A stretch of 64,000 bases of DNA from an uncultured Pelagibacteraceae bacterium (GCA_902532645.1 CACAIU010000001.1:1989-65988), one strand, 5' to 3'; shown: positions 18,551 through 35,120, counted from the first letter of the stretch. Notes: generated from the letters alone by a model not told the origin. Translations and numbers: made by a program.

Positions 18551-19294
18551 TCAACTCTTTTTTTTTATATAACTAAGGTGATGAAACACAATTGCAGCAC
18601 TATTTGAGATATTTAAACTTTCAATATCTTCATTAATATTAATTTTAACAAAAAAATCTGCATATTTACCTGTGTGCTGTCTCATTCCAAATCCCTCAGA
18701 TCCAAATAGAAGGATGTTATTTCCTTCCCATTTGATGTCAGTAAAATCTTTTTGACCTTTTGCATCAAAACCATAAACCCAGAAATTTTTTTCTCTTAAA
18801 TTTTTAAGTGTAGAATTAATGTTAGAGACTTGAAATATATTCATGTACTCCATACACCCACTAGCTGATTTATACATTAATTTACTATCTCGTGGAAAAT
18901 GTCTTTCCTTGATTATCAATCCATCAATATCAAATGATGAAGCACTTCTGATTACTGAACCAATATTTCTTGGATCAGTAACTTCATCCAGACAAACAAA
19001 AGTTAAATTATTTTTATCTTTTATAAATTGTTTTAGGTCCGGTTGATCTAAATGTTCAATTTCAGCAACATAACCATTATGTATCAATTGTTCTTTAGAA
19101 GTATATTTGTCTAACTCTTTTTTAGATTTAAAATAAACTTTAACATCCTCTAAAATGTTTTTATTTGGGTTTTTTCTATGAATATTTTTTTTAGATTCTT
19201 CTGTTAAAAAGACTCTTAAAACCTTTCTTTTTGGGTTTTTTAGAGCTTCAATTACTGCATGCTGGCCAACAATGAAAAAAGACGATTTATTCAT
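18551..19294 (-). CDS. rlmB: 23S rRNA (Gm2251) methyltransferase RlmB, TrmH family
   Basis: GQHAVIEAL, LDEVTDPRNIGSVIRS, GSEGFGMR, ESLNIS. Confidence 0.9.
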   Translation of the reverse strand: MNKSSFFIVGQHAVIEALKNPKRKVLRVFLTEESKKNIHRKNPNKNILEDVKVYFKSKKELDKYTSKEQLIHNGYVAEIEHLDQPDLKQFIKDKNNLTFVCLDEVTDPRNIGSVIRSASSFDIDGLIIKERHFPRDSKLMYKSASGCMEYMNIFQVSNINSTLKNLREKNFWVYGFDAKGQKDFTDIKWEGNNILLFGSEGFGMRQHTGKYADFFVKININEDIESLNISNSAAIVFHHLSYIKKKS

Positions 19295-19348
19295 AAATTA
19301 CTAAGTGTTTTACACGTTTTTTTTAATATTTACTTATTAAATCACGTG

Positions 19349-19376
19349 TTGCATTTGCATAAATAAAATATATAAA
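19349..19376 (+). promoter_or_regulatory. Putative promoter of the tRNA-Tyr/Gly-tuf operon
   Basis: TTGCAT-16 bp-TATAAA. Confidence 0.5.
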
Positions 19377-19423
19377 ACGCATGTTATTTGAAGCTTTATT
19401 GAACAAGGGGACACTTCCCCAAA

Positions 19424-19509
19424 GGAGGGGTTCCAGAGCGGTCAAATGGGGCGGGCTGTAAACCCGTTGACTTCGGTCTTCGAAAGTTCGAATCTTTCCC
19501 CCTCCACCA
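19424..19509 (+). tRNA. tRNA-Tyr (GTA)
   Basis: GGAGGGG/CCCCTCC acceptor, GCGGG-CTGTAAA-CCCGT anticodon arm, long variable arm, CCA. Confidence 0.97.
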
Positions 19510-19553
19510 TTTAATAAATTTTAAGTAACATGGAGTGTTACTCTTGGGGTTGT

Positions 19554-19627
19554 GCGGGTGTAGTTCAATGGTAGAACGCTAGCCTTCCAAGCTGGATGTA
19601 AGGGTTCGATTCCCTTTACCCGCTCCA
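19554..19627 (+). tRNA. tRNA-Gly (TCC)
   Basis: GCGGGTG/TACCCGC acceptor, CTAGC-CTTCCAA-GCTGG anticodon arm, GTTCGAT, CCA. Confidence 0.97.
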
Positions 19628-19673
19628 AGAAATTAAAGTTATTAGAAACAAAAAAAACTGAGGTAAAAACGTA

Positions 19674-20866
19674 ATGTCAAAAGAAAAATTTGTAAGAAAT
19701 AAACCCCACTGTAACATTGGGACTATTGGTCATGTCGACCATGGTAAAACAACTCTTACTGCCGCAATTACAAATGTATTAGCACAAGCGGGCGGCGGAA
19801 CTGCAGTTGCTTATGATCAAATCGATAAAGCACCTGAAGAAAAAGAGAGAGGTATAACAATTTCAACAGCACACGTTGAGTATGAAACTGAAAAAAAGAC
19901 ACTATGCTCACGTAGATTGTCCTGGTCATGCTGACTACGTAAAAAAACATGATCACTGGTGCTGCACAGATGGATGGTGCAATATTAGTTGTTAACGCAG
20001 CTGATGGTCCTATGCCACAAACAAGAGAACATATTCTTTTGGGAAGACAAGTTGGTATCCCTGCAATTGTTGTTTACTTAAATAAAGTAGACCAAGTTGA
20101 CGATAAAGAAATGATTGAACTTGTTGAAGAAGAAATTAGAGAACTTTTAACTTCATACAAATACCCAGGTGATAAAACACCAATCGTAAAAGGTTCAGCT
20201 TTAGCAGCAGTTGAAGGAAGAGATGATGAAATTGGAAAAAATTCAATTTTAGAATTAATGAAAGCTGTGGATGAACATATTCCACAACCAGCTAGAGAAG
20301 TTGACAAACCTTTCTTGATGCCAGTTGAGGACGTATTCTCAATTTCTGGAAGGGGAACTGTTGCAACTGGAAGAGTTGAGTCTGGTGTAATTAAAACTGG
20401 TGAAGAAGTTGAAATAGTTGGAATTAGAGAAACTAAAAAATCAGTTTGCACAGGAGTTGAAATGTTTAGAAAACTTTTAGATTCTGGTGAGGCTGGTGAT
20501 AACGTAGGAATTTTATTGAGAGGTATTGAAAGAACTGACATTGAGAGAGGTCAAGTTCTTTGTAAACCTGGTTCAATTACTCCACATACTAAATTTGAAG
20601 CTCAAGCGTATGTTCTTAAAAAAGATGAAGGTGGAAGACATACTCCATTCTTTACTAAGTACAGACCACAGTTTTATTTTAGAACAACAGACGTTACAGG
20701 TGAAGTTGAATTACCAGCTGGTACCGAAATGGTTATGCCAGGTGATGATGCTAAATTTACTGTTAAACTAATTACACCAATTGCTATGGCAGAGAAATTA
20801 AACTTTGCTATTAGAGAAGGTGGAAGAACTGTTGGAGCAGGAGTAGTAACTAAAATTATAGAGTAA
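19674..20866 (+). CDS. tuf: Elongation factor Tu, with two apparent +1 frameshifts (A7 at 19891-19897 and 19941-19947)
   Basis: [35 protein letters not shown] (restored after removing two As), [14 protein letters not shown]. Confidence 0.97.
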
Positions 20867-20876
20867 CTCTATAAAT

Positions 20877-20952
20877 AGGAGTGTAGCTCAATTGGTAGAG
20901 CGCCGGTCTCCAAAACCGGAGGCTGAGGGTTCGAGTCCCTCCGCTCCTGCCA
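20877..20952 (+). tRNA. tRNA-Trp (CCA)
   Basis: AGGAGTG/CGCTCCT acceptor, CCGGT-CTCCAAA-ACCGG anticodon arm, CCA end, canonical position before secE. Confidence 0.97.
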
Positions 20953-20969
20953 ATTTGAGCTTATAAATT

Positions 20970-21161
20970 ATGAGAAACCCGATTAAATTTATACAAGAAG
21001 TTAAACAAGAGGCTTTTAAAGTTACATGGCCAACTTGGAAAGAGACATTGCAAGGTGCTTTAATGGTATTTGTAATGGCAGTTGTTATGTCTTTATTTTT
21101 TCTTCTTTTAGATCAGGTTTTAAAATTTTTCTTAGAACTTTTACTTAAAGTGAGTATTTAA
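20970..21161 (+). CDS. secE: Preprotein translocase subunit SecE
   Basis: EVKQEAFKVTWPT plus a TM helix, upstream of nusG. Confidence 0.95.
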   Translation: MRNPIKFIQEVKQEAFKVTWPTWKETLQGALMVFVMAVVMSLFFLLLDQVLKFFLELLLKVSI

Positions 21162-21691
21162 TGAAAAATTGGTACATAGTTCAATCTCATTCTAGCTTTG
21201 AAAATAAAGTAGCAGCTTTAATCAAAGAGGAAGCAGATAAAGCTAAAATTGCTGATAAGTTTGAAGAGATTATTGTACCTACACACGATGTTACAGAGGT
21301 TAAGAGAGGTAAAAGAATTCAAAGAAAAAAGAAATACTTTCCTGGATACGTATTAATAAAGAGTGAGATGGATAACAATATTTATCACATGATTAAAAAT
21401 ATAAAGAGAGTCAGTGGTTTCTTGGGTACCAAAGGAATTCCTGTTCCTGTCTCAGACAAAGAAGTAGAGAAAATTTTAGGTCAGATTAAAGATGGTGTTG
21501 CTCAGCCAAAATCTGGTGTAGATTACAGTGTTGGTGAAAAAGTTCAGGTTGTTGATGGTCCATTTGCATCATTTACTGGAATGATTGAGGAAATTGATGA
21601 AGAAAAAGCTAGACTTAAGGTGTCAGTTTCTATATTTGGTCGTCCTACACCTGTAGATTTAGAATATAATCAGGTTGAGAAGGTAAGTTAA
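21161..21691 (+). CDS. nusG: Transcription termination/antitermination factor NusG
   Basis: [14 protein letters not shown] motif [14 protein letters not shown]. Confidence 0.98.
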   Translation: MKNWYIVQSHSSFENKVAALIKEEADKAKIADKFEEIIVPTHDVTEVKRGKRIQRKKKYFPGYVLIKSEMDNNIYHMIKNIKRVSGFLGTKGIPVPVSDKEVEKILGQIKDGVAQPKSGVDYSVGEKVQVVDGPFASFTGMIEEIDEEKARLKVSVSIFGRPTPVDLEYNQVEKVS

Positions 21692-22116
21692 TGGCAAAAG
21701 AAATTAGTGGATTTATAAAACTACAAATTAAGGGTGGTCAAGCTAATCCAGCTCCTCCAGTTGGTCCAGCATTAGGTCAACGAGGTGTAAATATTATGGA
21801 GTTTTGTAAAGCCTTTAATGATAAAACTAAATCAATGGCAGGTAAGCCTGTTCCAGTTGAAATTACAGTTTATAAAGATAAAAAATTTGATTTTAAAATT
21901 AAATCACCTCCAGCATCCTTTTATATTAAAGAAGCAGTAAAACTTAAAGGTGGATCTAAAGAACCTGGAAGAAATATTGTTGCTTCAATCTCAAAAAAAC
22001 AACTAGAGAGTATAGCAAAAGAAAAAATGAATGATTTAAATGCACATGATATTGAAGAAGCTATAAAAATTATTGCAGGATCTGCTAGATCTATGGGTAT
22101 TGAGGTAAAAGAATAA
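21691..22116 (+). CDS. rplK: 50S ribosomal protein L11
   Basis: [22 protein letters not shown]. Confidence 0.98.
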   Translation: MAKEISGFIKLQIKGGQANPAPPVGPALGQRGVNIMEFCKAFNDKTKSMAGKPVPVEITVYKDKKFDFKIKSPPASFYIKEAVKLKGGSKEPGRNIVASISKKQLESIAKEKMNDLNAHDIEEAIKIIAGSARSMGIEVKE

Positions 22117-22805
22117 TGGCATCAAAAAGATACAAAAAATTACCTGAAAAGACAAAAGACTTGAACACGGAGTCTATTGAAAAATTGTTACCTGAGCTTA
22201 AGAAAAACTGCACAACTAAATTTGACGAGTCCTTAGACTTAAGTTTCCAAATTAATAACAAACAAAAGAAAAGCGAAGTTAATATTAGAACAGTAGTTAA
22301 TTTACCTGGAGGCACAGGTAAGAAAGTTAAAGTTGCAGTAGTTTGTGAGGATAATAAAGCACAAGATGCAAAAGATGCAGGTGCAGATATTGTGGGTGGT
22401 GATGAATTTGTTGAAAAAATTAAAGCTGGAGAGTTAAATTTTGAAAAATTAATTTGTACACCTGGAATGATGATTAAACTTTCTAAATTAGGAAAAGTTT
22501 TAGGACCCAAAGGTTTAATGCCAAACCCTAAACTTGGTTCAGTTTCTGAAAATATTAAAGAAGCTGTAACTAATGCTAAATCTGGTCAAGTAGAAATTAG
22601 AAATGACAAAGATGGAAATATTGGAGTTAGTATTGGTAAACAATCTTTTAGTGATGATCAATTAATGAAAAACTATAATGCAATTTTAGATGCTTTAGAA
22701 AAAGAAAAATCAAACAATACTTTGAAAGGTGATTTAATTAGAAGTGTATTTGCTACATCAACAATGGGTGTTTCATATAAAGTTAAATTAGGGAAATCGA
22801 TATAG
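22116..22805 (+). CDS. rplA: 50S ribosomal protein L1
   Basis: KFDES, LPGGTGK, LGPKGLMPNPK, TSTMG. Confidence 0.97.
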   Translation: MASKRYKKLPEKTKDLNTESIEKLLPELKKNCTTKFDESLDLSFQINNKQKKSEVNIRTVVNLPGGTGKKVKVAVVCEDNKAQDAKDAGADIVGGDEFVEKIKAGELNFEKLICTPGMMIKLSKLGKVLGPKGLMPNPKLGSVSENIKEAVTNAKSGQVEIRNDKDGNIGVSIGKQSFSDDQLMKNYNAILDALEKEKSNNTLKGDLIRSVFATSTMGVSYKVKLGKSI

Positions 22806-22807
22806 TT

Positions 22808-23329
22808 ATGATGAATAAACAACAAAAGAAAAATTATATTGAAGAGATGACTAGTAAGTTTGAGAACAGCAAAGCTGTTATGGTTACTCATTATCAAGGT
22901 TTAACTATGACTCAATTAGATGAATTGAGAGCGAAAATGAGAGAACATGGAATTATTTTTAAAATAACAAAAAACAGAATTACAAAATTAGCTTTAGAAA
23001 AAACAAAGTGTAAAGATCTATCAAATTTATTTACTGGTCCTACGGCAGTTGCATTTGGAGAAGATGCTATAATGTCAGCAAGGATTCTTTCAAAATTTGC
23101 AAAAGATAATGAAAACCTGAAATTGATCGGTGGAATCATGGATAACGAGGTCTTAGATCAGGCCGGTGTCCAAAATGTAGCAAGTTTACCTACATTAGAT
23201 GAAGCAAGAGCTAATATTGTGGGTATTTTGAATGCTTCTGCATCTAAATTAATCAGTATTTTGCTTGCACATTCAGAAAAAATGAGTAGTTTGTCGGCAG
23301 AAAATTCTGAAACACAACCCAAAGAGTAA
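22808..23329 (+). CDS. rplJ: 50S ribosomal protein L10
   Basis: YQGLT..LR, KNRI, FTGPTA, LPTLDE, and synteny. Confidence 0.96.
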   Translation: MMNKQQKKNYIEEMTSKFENSKAVMVTHYQGLTMTQLDELRAKMREHGIIFKITKNRITKLALEKTKCKDLSNLFTGPTAVAFGEDAIMSARILSKFAKDNENLKLIGGIMDNEVLDQAGVQNVASLPTLDEARANIVGILNASASKLISILLAHSEKMSSLSAENSETQPKE

Positions 23330-23334
23330 AACAT

Positions 23335-23700
23335 ATGCCTGACCTTAACAAAATTATCGAAGACTTATCAAGTTTGACAGTTGCAGAGGCAGCTGAACTA
23401 TCAAAACAATTAGAAGAAAAATGGGGTGTAACTCCTATGGCAGCAGCAGCTCCGGCTGCAGCAGGTGGTGCAGCTCCAGCAGAAGACAAAGATGATTTTA
23501 CAATCATGTTAGTTTCTGCAGGTGATAAAAAAATTAATGTTATAAAAGAAGTAAGAGCAGCTACTTCATTAGGTTTAAAAGAAGCTAAAGATCTTGTAGA
23601 GGGAGCACCAAAAGAAGTTAAATCTGGTGTGAACAAAAAAGATGCTGAAGAGATCAAAGCTAAGTTAGAAGCTGCTGGCGCTAAAGTAGAACTTAAATAA
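23335..23700 (+). CDS. rplL: 50S ribosomal protein L7/L12
   Basis: LEEKWGV, Ala hinge, [20 protein letters not shown]. Confidence 0.98.
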   Translation: MPDLNKIIEDLSSLTVAEAAELSKQLEEKWGVTPMAAAAPAAAGGAAPAEDKDDFTIMLVSAGDKKINVIKEVRAATSLGLKEAKDLVEGAPKEVKSGVNKKDAEEIKAKLEAAGAKVELK

Positions 23701-23719
23701 ATTAAATAGAAAGAATTCG

Positions 23720-23745
23720 AATACTGATTATTTTTAATCAGTATT
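23720..23745 (+). promoter_or_regulatory. Perfect 11-bp hairpin between rplL and rpoB (possible attenuator or processing site)
   Basis: AATACTGATTA-TTTT-TAATCAGTATT. Confidence 0.45.
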
Positions 23746-23756
23746 TATAAACATAG

Positions 23757-27845
<4,089 letters not shown>

Positions 27846-27846
<1 letters not shown>

Positions 27847-30800
27847 TGAAAAAAGAATTAACAGATCTATTTAAGGGCAGCGAAATTTCAGAAGCTCAAA
27901 ATTTTAATAGCATTAAAATTTCACTTGCTAGCCCAGAGAAAATTAAATCTTGGACATTTGGTGAAATTAAAAAGCCTGAAACAATTAATTATAGAACGTT
28001 TAGACCTGAAAAAGATGGTTTGTTCTGTGCAAGGATTTTTGGACCAATAAAAGATTATGAGTGTTTATGCGGTAAGTATAAACGAATGAAATTTAGAGGA
28101 ATTATATGTGAGAAATGTGGTGTTGAGGTTACAAAATCAAATGTAAGAAGAGAAAGAATGGGCCACATTAATCTTGCTACACCGGTAGCACATATTTGGT
28201 TCTTAAAGTCTCTTCCAAGTAGAATTGCTTTAGCAGTTGATATGAAATTAAAGGAAATAGAGAGAGTTCTTTATTTTGAAAATTTTATAGTAATAGAACC
28301 AGGTTTAACTGGTTTACAAAAAAATCAACTTCTTAATGAGGAAGAATTAGCAAAATATCAAGACGAATTTGGTGAAGAAAGTTTTACAGCAGGAATAGGA
28401 GCAGAAGCCGTTCTTGAAATGTTAAAAAATTTAGATCTAGAATTAGAAAGAAAAAATCTTGTAAACTTTATTAAAGAAACTAAATCAAAAGTAAATGAAG
28501 AAAGAGCAATTAAAAGATTAAAACTAATAGAATCATTTATTGAAACTGGTCAAAAACCTGAATGGATGATTATGACTGTGGTTCCAGTTATACCACCTGA
28601 ATTAAGACCTTTAGTCCCTTTAGATGGGGGGAGATTTGCAACTTCAGATCTTAACGATTTATACAGGAGAGTAATCAATAGAAATAATAGATTAAAAAGA
28701 TTAATGGATCTTAAAGCTCCAGATATTATTGTAAGAAATGAAAAAAGGATGCTTCAAGAATCGGTAGATGCTCTATTTGATAACGGTAGACGAGGCAGGG
28801 TAATAACAGGAACAGGTAAGCGACCACTTAAATCTCTTGCTGAAATGTTAAAAGGTAAACAAGGAAGATTTAGACAAAATCTTTTAGGTAAACGAGTTGA
28901 TTATTCAGGAAGATCAGTAATTGTTGTTGGTCCAGATTTGAAACTCCATGAGTGTGGTTTACCGAAAAAAATGGCTTTAGAATTATTTAAACCATTTTTA
29001 TATGCAAGATTAAATAAATTAGGCTTAGCTTCAACAATTAAACAAGCTAAAAAATTAGTTGAAAAAGAAACAAATGCAGTTTGGGATGCTTTAGAGTTAA
29101 TAGTTAGAGAGCATCCGGTACTTTTAAATAGAGCGCCAACACTACATAGGCTTGGAGTTCAAGCGTTTGAGCCTAAGTTAATTGAAGGAGATGCAATTGA
29201 ATTACACCCTTTAACTTGTGCAGCGTTTAATGCTGACTTCGATGGTGACCAAATGGCAGTTCACGTTCCATTGAGTTTAGAAGCTCAATTAGAGGCAAGA
29301 ATATTAATGCTATCCACAAATAATATTCTTTCTCCATCAAATGGTAAACCAATTATTGTTCCAAGTCAGGATATGATTTTAGGAATTTACTACCTGTCAC
29401 AAGAACCTATATCTGACAAACCAGCTGGATACTTTACAAATTCAGATCAAATTGAATTTGCACTATCTTCTGGTCAAATAAATGTGCACAGCACAATTAT
29501 TTCAAGATTTGAGACTGTAGATGATCAAGGTAATAAAAAAATGGAAAAATATACCTCTACAGCAGGAAGATTTTTATTGGCTAATTTACTACCTAAAAAT
29601 AGTAACATTAAGTTTTCTTTGGTAGATAGATTATTACCTAAAAAAGTAGTTTCAGAAATAATTGATCTTGTATTTAGATTTTGTGGTCAAAAAACAACTG
29701 TAATTTTCTGTGATAAGCTTAAAGATTTAGGATTTAAACATGCATTTAAAGCAGGAATTTCGTTTGGAAAAGACGATCTTGTAATCCCTGAAAATAAAAC
29801 TCAATTAATTGATGATACTAAGAAATTAATTGCAGATTATGAAACTCAATATGCTGAAGGTTTAATTACAAGAGGTGAAAAATACAACAAAGTTGTTGAT
29901 GCTTGGTCTAAGTGTACAGATAAAGTTGCTGGAGAAATGATGAAAGGTATTTCAGCTACAGAAAAAACAGACGAAGGATTGAAAATAAATTCTGTATTTA
30001 TGATGGCAGATAGTGGAGCTAGAGGATCTGCTGCTCAAATGAAACAATTAGCTGGTATGAGAGGTTTGATTGCTAAACCTTCAGGTGAAATTATTGAAAG
30101 TCCAATTATCTCAAACTTTAAAGAGGGATTAACTGCTTTGGAGTATTTCAACTCAACACACGGAGCTAGAAAAGGTTTAGCAGATACAGCGCTGAAAACA
30201 GCTAGTTCTGGATATTTAACGAGAAGACTTTGCGATGTAGCTCAAGATTTAACGGTCACTAAAAAAGCTTGTGACTGTAAAAATCCAGGATTTATCGAAC
30301 TTTCTGAAATTTTAGAAGGTGGTAATGTAGTAGTTAGCCTTTCTGAAAGAGCGCTTGGTAGAGTTACATTTGATGAGGTTAAACATCCTTTAACTGGTGA
30401 AGTAATAATCAAAAAACAAACCATGATTGATGAGGCTGGATGTGATAAAATTGATGCTGCAGGAGTAAAATCAATAAAAGTTTACTCGGTAATGACTTGT
30501 GGTTCAAAAGAAGGTGTTTGTGCTACTTCTTACGGAAGAGATTTGTCTAGAGGTAAAATGGTTCACGTTGGTGAAGCTATTGGAATGATTTCTGCACAGT
30601 CAATCGGTGAACCAGGAACACAGTTAACAATGAGAACTTTCCACGTAGGTGGAACTGCTTCTGTTAAACAGGATTCACAAATTGTAACTAAAAATGAAGG
30701 AACATTAAAAATAATAAACTCAAATATCTTAGAGGACTCTAAAAAGAATTTAATTGTAATGGGTAGAAACACTCAACTTTCTATAGAGGATGACAAAGGA

Positions 30801-32024
30801 GTTCAGATAGCAGTTTATAAAGTTGCATATGGATCAAGATTATTTTTTAATAATGGTGATAAAGTAAAAGCTAATACCAAAATATGTGAATGGGATCCTT
30901 ACACTACTCCAGTGATTGCAGAAAAAAGTGGTACAGCTAGTTATGTAGATCTAATTGACGGTGTTTCAATTCAAGAAACTACTGACGATGCAACAGGAAT
31001 TTCTTCTAAATCAGTAATTGATTGGAGAGGTCAATCAAAAAGCACTGATTTAAAACCTAGAATTACTTTAAGGGATGAAAAAGGAAATGTGATTAAAAAA
31101 GCGGATGATAATGAAGCTAGATATTATTTAGTACCAGATTCGATTTTATCAATTAAGGATGGTCAAAAAGTTTATGCGGGTGATGTAATTGCAAGACTAC
31201 CTAAAGAAACAACAAAAACAAAAGATATTACTGGAGGTCTTCCAAGAGTTGCTGAGCTATTTGAAGCTAGAAAAGCTAAGGACAGTGCGATCATTGCAGA
31301 AAATGATGGTAGTGTTGTTTTTGGTAAAGAGGTAAGAGGTAAACAAAGAGTATCTATTCTTCCTGAAGATGGATCAGAACCTTCAAATTATTTAATTCCA
31401 AAAGGTAAACATATCAATTTCAATCCTGGTGAAAAAATTCAAAAAGGAGAATATCTTCTAGATGGACAACCATTGCCACATGATATTTTAAGAATTTTAG
31501 GTATTAAAGAATTAACGGAATACTTTGTTAACCAAGTTCAAGAAGTTTATAGATTACAAGGTGTAATCATAAATGATAAGCATATTGAAACTATTTTAAG
31601 ACAAATGCTTAAAAAAGTTGAAGTAAAAGTGTCAGGTGACTCAAGTTATTTACCTGGTGAAGTGATTGATAGAATTAAGTTTGATAATACAAACGAAAAA
31701 TTAGTTGCTGAAGGCAAAACCCCTGCTGTTGGTGAGAGAGTTCTAATGGGTATAACTAAAGCTTCACTTCAAACTGAATCGTTTATTTCAGCAGCTTCGT
31801 TCCAAGAAACTACAAGAGTGCTAACAGATGCTGCAATTAAAGGAAAAGTTGATCCATTAAATGGTCTAAAAGAGAATGTAATTGTTGGAAGATTAGTTCC
31901 AGCAGGTACTGGTAATATTAAAAATAGATGGAACAATAAAGCTCTAGAAGATGATAATAATTTCTTAGCAGAGCAGGATAAAATAGAAGCCGCAGAACCT
32001 GAAGAAACACAAGCAAATCAGTAA
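27846..32024 (+). CDS. rpoC: RNA polymerase beta' subunit
   Basis: Zn-finger CLCGK..CEKC, NADFDGD catalytic motif, SFQETT. Confidence 0.99.
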
Positions 32025-32053
32025 AAAAATCGCCTAAAAATTGCAGTTTTAGT

Positions 32054-32081
32054 TTGACAAAGGCCTATTAATAAGTAATTT
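32054..32081 (+). promoter_or_regulatory. Putative promoter of the str/S10/spc superoperon
   Basis: TTGACA-16 bp-TAATTT. Confidence 0.55.
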
Positions 32082-32086
32082 GGCGA

Positions 32087-32180
32087 TGTTTTTGGTTGGA
32101 ATGTAGTGCTTCTAACAGCACTAAACGCTGCCACAAAATAACCTGTCAGTTATTTTCATCTAAAAATAAATTAACTAATT
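32087..32180 (+). ncRNA. Putative structured rpsL leader RNA
   Basis: Hairpins TAGTGCT/AGCACTA (32104-32123) and AAAATAAC/GTTATTTT (32135-32156) in the only long leader of the ribosomal cluster. Confidence 0.5.
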
Positions 32181-32193
32181 TTATAAAAAATTT

Positions 32194-32565
32194 ATGCCAA
32201 CTATTAATCAGTTGTTAAGAAAAAAAAGAGTTAAACCAGCTGCAAGGAATAAAGTTCCTGCTTTACAAAAACAACCTTTAAAGAGAGGTGTTTGTGTAAA
32301 AGTTTATACAACAACTCCTAAAAAACCAAACTCTGCATTAAGAAAAGTTGCTAGAGTGAGATTGTCAAATGGATTTGAAGTTACAGCTTATATTCCTGGT
32401 GAAGGTCATAATCTACAAGAACACTCGGTAGTACTGATTAGAGGTGGAAGGGTAAAAGATTTGCCAGGTGTTCGTTATCATATTCTAAGAGGTAATTTAG
32501 ATACGCAAGGTGTTGCAAATAGAAAACAAAGAAGATCTTTATATGGAACCAAAAAAGGTAAATAA
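32194..32565 (+). CDS. rpsL: 30S ribosomal protein S12
   Basis: [28 protein letters not shown]. Confidence 0.99.
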   Translation: MPTINQLLRKKRVKPAARNKVPALQKQPLKRGVCVKVYTTTPKKPNSALRKVARVRLSNGFEVTAYIPGEGHNLQEHSVVLIRGGRVKDLPGVRYHILRGNLDTQGVANRKQRRSLYGTKKGK

Positions 32566-33035
32566 TGTCTAGAAAAAAAACTCAACCAAAAAAAAATGTA
32601 GTTCCAGATCCAAAATTTAAATCAACTATCATTCCAAAATTAATCAACAACATCATGTACGATGGTAAAAGAGGTATTGCTGCTAAAATAGTTTATGATG
32701 CTATCGATAAAATTAAAACAAAAACGAAAGATGAGCCAATTAATATTTTTAATGAAGCAATTAATAATATCAAACCAACAGTAGAAGTTAGATCTAGAAG
32801 AGTAGGTGGTGCAACTTATCAAGTTCCTGTTGAAGTAAAAAGTAAAAGGGCTCAAGCCTTAGCAATTAGATGGTTAGTAGAATCAGCACGAAAAAGAAAA
32901 GATAAACATATGGCAGATAAAATTTTTAATGAGCTTTATGATGCTTATGAAAAAAAAGGTGCTGCCGTTAAAAAAAGAGAGGATGTGCACAAAATGGCAG
33001 AGTCTAATAAGGCATTTGCTCATTTTAGGTGGTAA
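32565..33035 (+). CDS. rpsG: 30S ribosomal protein S7
   Basis: RRVGGATYQVP, HKMAESNKAFAHFRW. Confidence 0.99.
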   Translation: MSRKKTQPKKNVVPDPKFKSTIIPKLINNIMYDGKRGIAAKIVYDAIDKIKTKTKDEPINIFNEAINNIKPTVEVRSRRVGGATYQVPVEVKSKRAQALAIRWLVESARKRKDKHMADKIFNELYDAYEKKGAAVKKREDVHKMAESNKAFAHFRW

Positions 33036-33041
33036 TAAAAT

Positions 33042-35120
33042 ATGGCTAGAACTCATTCATTAGATAAATACAGAAACATTGGGATCATGGCCCATATAGA
33101 TGCTGGTAAAACAACCACTACAGAAAGAATTTTATATTACACAGGTAAAAGTCATAAAATAGGTGAAGTACACGATGGTGCAGCAACCATGGATTGGATG
33201 GAGCAAGAACAAGAAAGAGGTATTACAATTACTTCTGCGGCAACTACTTGTTTTTGGAATGATCACAGAGTTAACATAATAGATACTCCAGGTCATGTAG
33301 ACTTTACTATTGAAGTAGAGAGATCTTTAAAAGTTTTAGATGGTGCAGTAGCTGTTTTTGATGGAGTAGCAGGTGTAGAACCACAATCTGAAACTGTATG
33401 GAGACAAGCCGATAAGTATAAAGTACCAAGAATTTGTTTTGTAAACAAATTAGACAGAACAGGTGCTGATTTCTTTAGATGTGTTGAAATGATTAAAGAT
33501 AGATTAGGTGCTAAGCCATTAGTATTACAAGTTCCTATTGGAATTGAAGCTTCTTTAACTGGGGTTGTTGATTTAGTTAAAATGAAAGCTCAAGTTTGGA
33601 AAAATGAGGCTTTAGGTGCAGAATGGGAATACAAAGATGTTCCTGATGATCTTAAAGAAATAACTGAAAAGTACAGAACAGAATTAATCGAAACTGCTGT
33701 AGAACAAGATGAAAAATTAATGGAATCTTACTTAAATGGAGACGAAATTAATGAGGAAGATTTAGTTAAATGTATAAGGAAAGGAACATTGAATTTTAGT
33801 TTTGTTCCAATTTTAACTGGATCTGCTTTTAAAAATAAAGGTGTTCAGCCTTTACTAGATGCAGTTGTGAACTACTTACCAAGTCCAGTTGATATTGGTT
33901 CAATTAAAGGAACAAAAGTTGGATCAGAAGATGAAATAGAAATGAAATTTGATGATGGTTCATCTTTTTCTGGTTTAGCATTTAAAGTTGCAAACGATCC
34001 TTTTGTTGGTTCTTTAACATTCGTTAGAATTTATTCTGGTACAATTAAGTCTGGAACAGCCGTATACAACTCTTCATCTGATAAGGAAGAAAGAGTTGGT
34101 CGTATGCTTTTAATGCATGCTAATTCAAGAGAGGATATTAAAGAAGCTAATGCAGGTGATATCGTTTCACTAGCAGGATTAAAAAATACTATGACTGGAC
34201 ACACTTTATGTGACAAAGAAAATCCAGTGTTGTTAGAGCCAATGGAATTCCCAGAGCCAGTAATTGAAATTGCTGTAGAGCCAAAAACAAAAGGTGACCA
34301 AGAAAAAATGGGTGAAGCATTAGCAAGATTAGCCAAAGAGGATCCTTCATTTAGAGTTTCTTCAGATGAAGAGTCAGGTCAAACAATTATTAAAGGTATG
34401 GGTGAACTTCACTTAGATATTATTGTTGATCGAATGAAAAGAGAATTTAAAGTTGAAGCAAACGTAGGCGCTCCACAAGTTGCTTACAGAGAGACTATAG
34501 AAAAATCTGCTGAGTATGAATACATACATAAAAAACAAAGTGGTGGTGCCGGTCAGTTTGCTAAGGTTAAATTATTTGTTGAACCTCAAGAACCAGGAAA
34601 AGGAAGAGAAGTAGAAAGTGCTATTAAGGGTGGAGCTATTCCAAAAGAATTTATTCCTGGTGTTGAAAAAGGTATTGAAACTGTCTCTGATAGTGGAATT
34701 TTGGCAGGTTTCCCAATGATTGATTATAAAGTAACTATTGTTGATGGTTTACATCACGATGTTGACTCAAGCGTTTTAGCTTTTGAACTTGCAAGTAGAG
34801 CATGTTTTAAAGAAGCTTGCACTCAAGGTGGTTTAAAACTTTTAGAACCAATAATGAGAGTAGAAGTTGTTACTCCTGAAGATTATATGGGTGATGTTAT
34901 TGGAGATTTAAATAGTAGAAGAGGTCAAATTAGCACTCAAGAACAAAGAGGAAATGCCACTGTAATTACAGCTATGGTTCCTCTAGCCAATATGTTCGGT
35001 TATATAAATAATCTTAGATCAATGTCACAAGGAAGAGCACAATATTCAATGTTCTTCGATCATTATTCTAAAGTTCCTCAAAACGTTCAAGACGAAGTAA
35101 CTAAAAAGGTAGCAGGATAA
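33042..35120 (+). CDS. fusA: Elongation factor G
   Basis: [35 protein letters not shown]. Confidence 0.99.
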   Translation: MARTHSLDKYRNIGIMAHIDAGKTTTTERILYYTGKSHKIGEVHDGAATMDWMEQEQERGITITSAATTCFWNDHRVNIIDTPGHVDFTIEVERSLKVLDGAVAVFDGVAGVEPQSETVWRQADKYKVPRICFVNKLDRTGADFFRCVEMIKDRLGAKPLVLQVPIGIEASLTGVVDLVKMKAQVWKNEALGAEWEYKDVPDDLKEITEKYRTELIETAVEQDEKLMESYLNGDEINEEDLVKCIRKGTLNFSFVPILTGSAFKNKGVQPLLDAVVNYLPSPVDIGSIKGTKVGSEDEIEMKFDDGSSFSGLAFKVANDPFVGSLTFVRIYSGTIKSGTAVYNSSSDKEERVGRMLLMHANSREDIKEANAGDIVSLAGLKNTMTGHTLCDKENPVLLEPMEFPEPVIEIAVEPKTKGDQEKMGEALARLAKEDPSFRVSSDEESGQTIIKGMGELHLDIIVDRMKREFKVEANVGAPQVAYRETIEKSAEYEYIHKKQSGGAGQFAKVKLFVEPQEPGKGREVESAIKGGAIPKEFIPGVEKGIETVSDSGILAGFPMIDYKVTIVDGLHHDVDSSVLAFELASRACFKEACTQGGLKLLEPIMRVEVVTPEDYMGDVIGDLNSRRGQISTQEQRGNATVITAMVPLANMFGYINNLRSMSQGRAQYSMFFDHYSKVPQNVQDEVTKKVAG

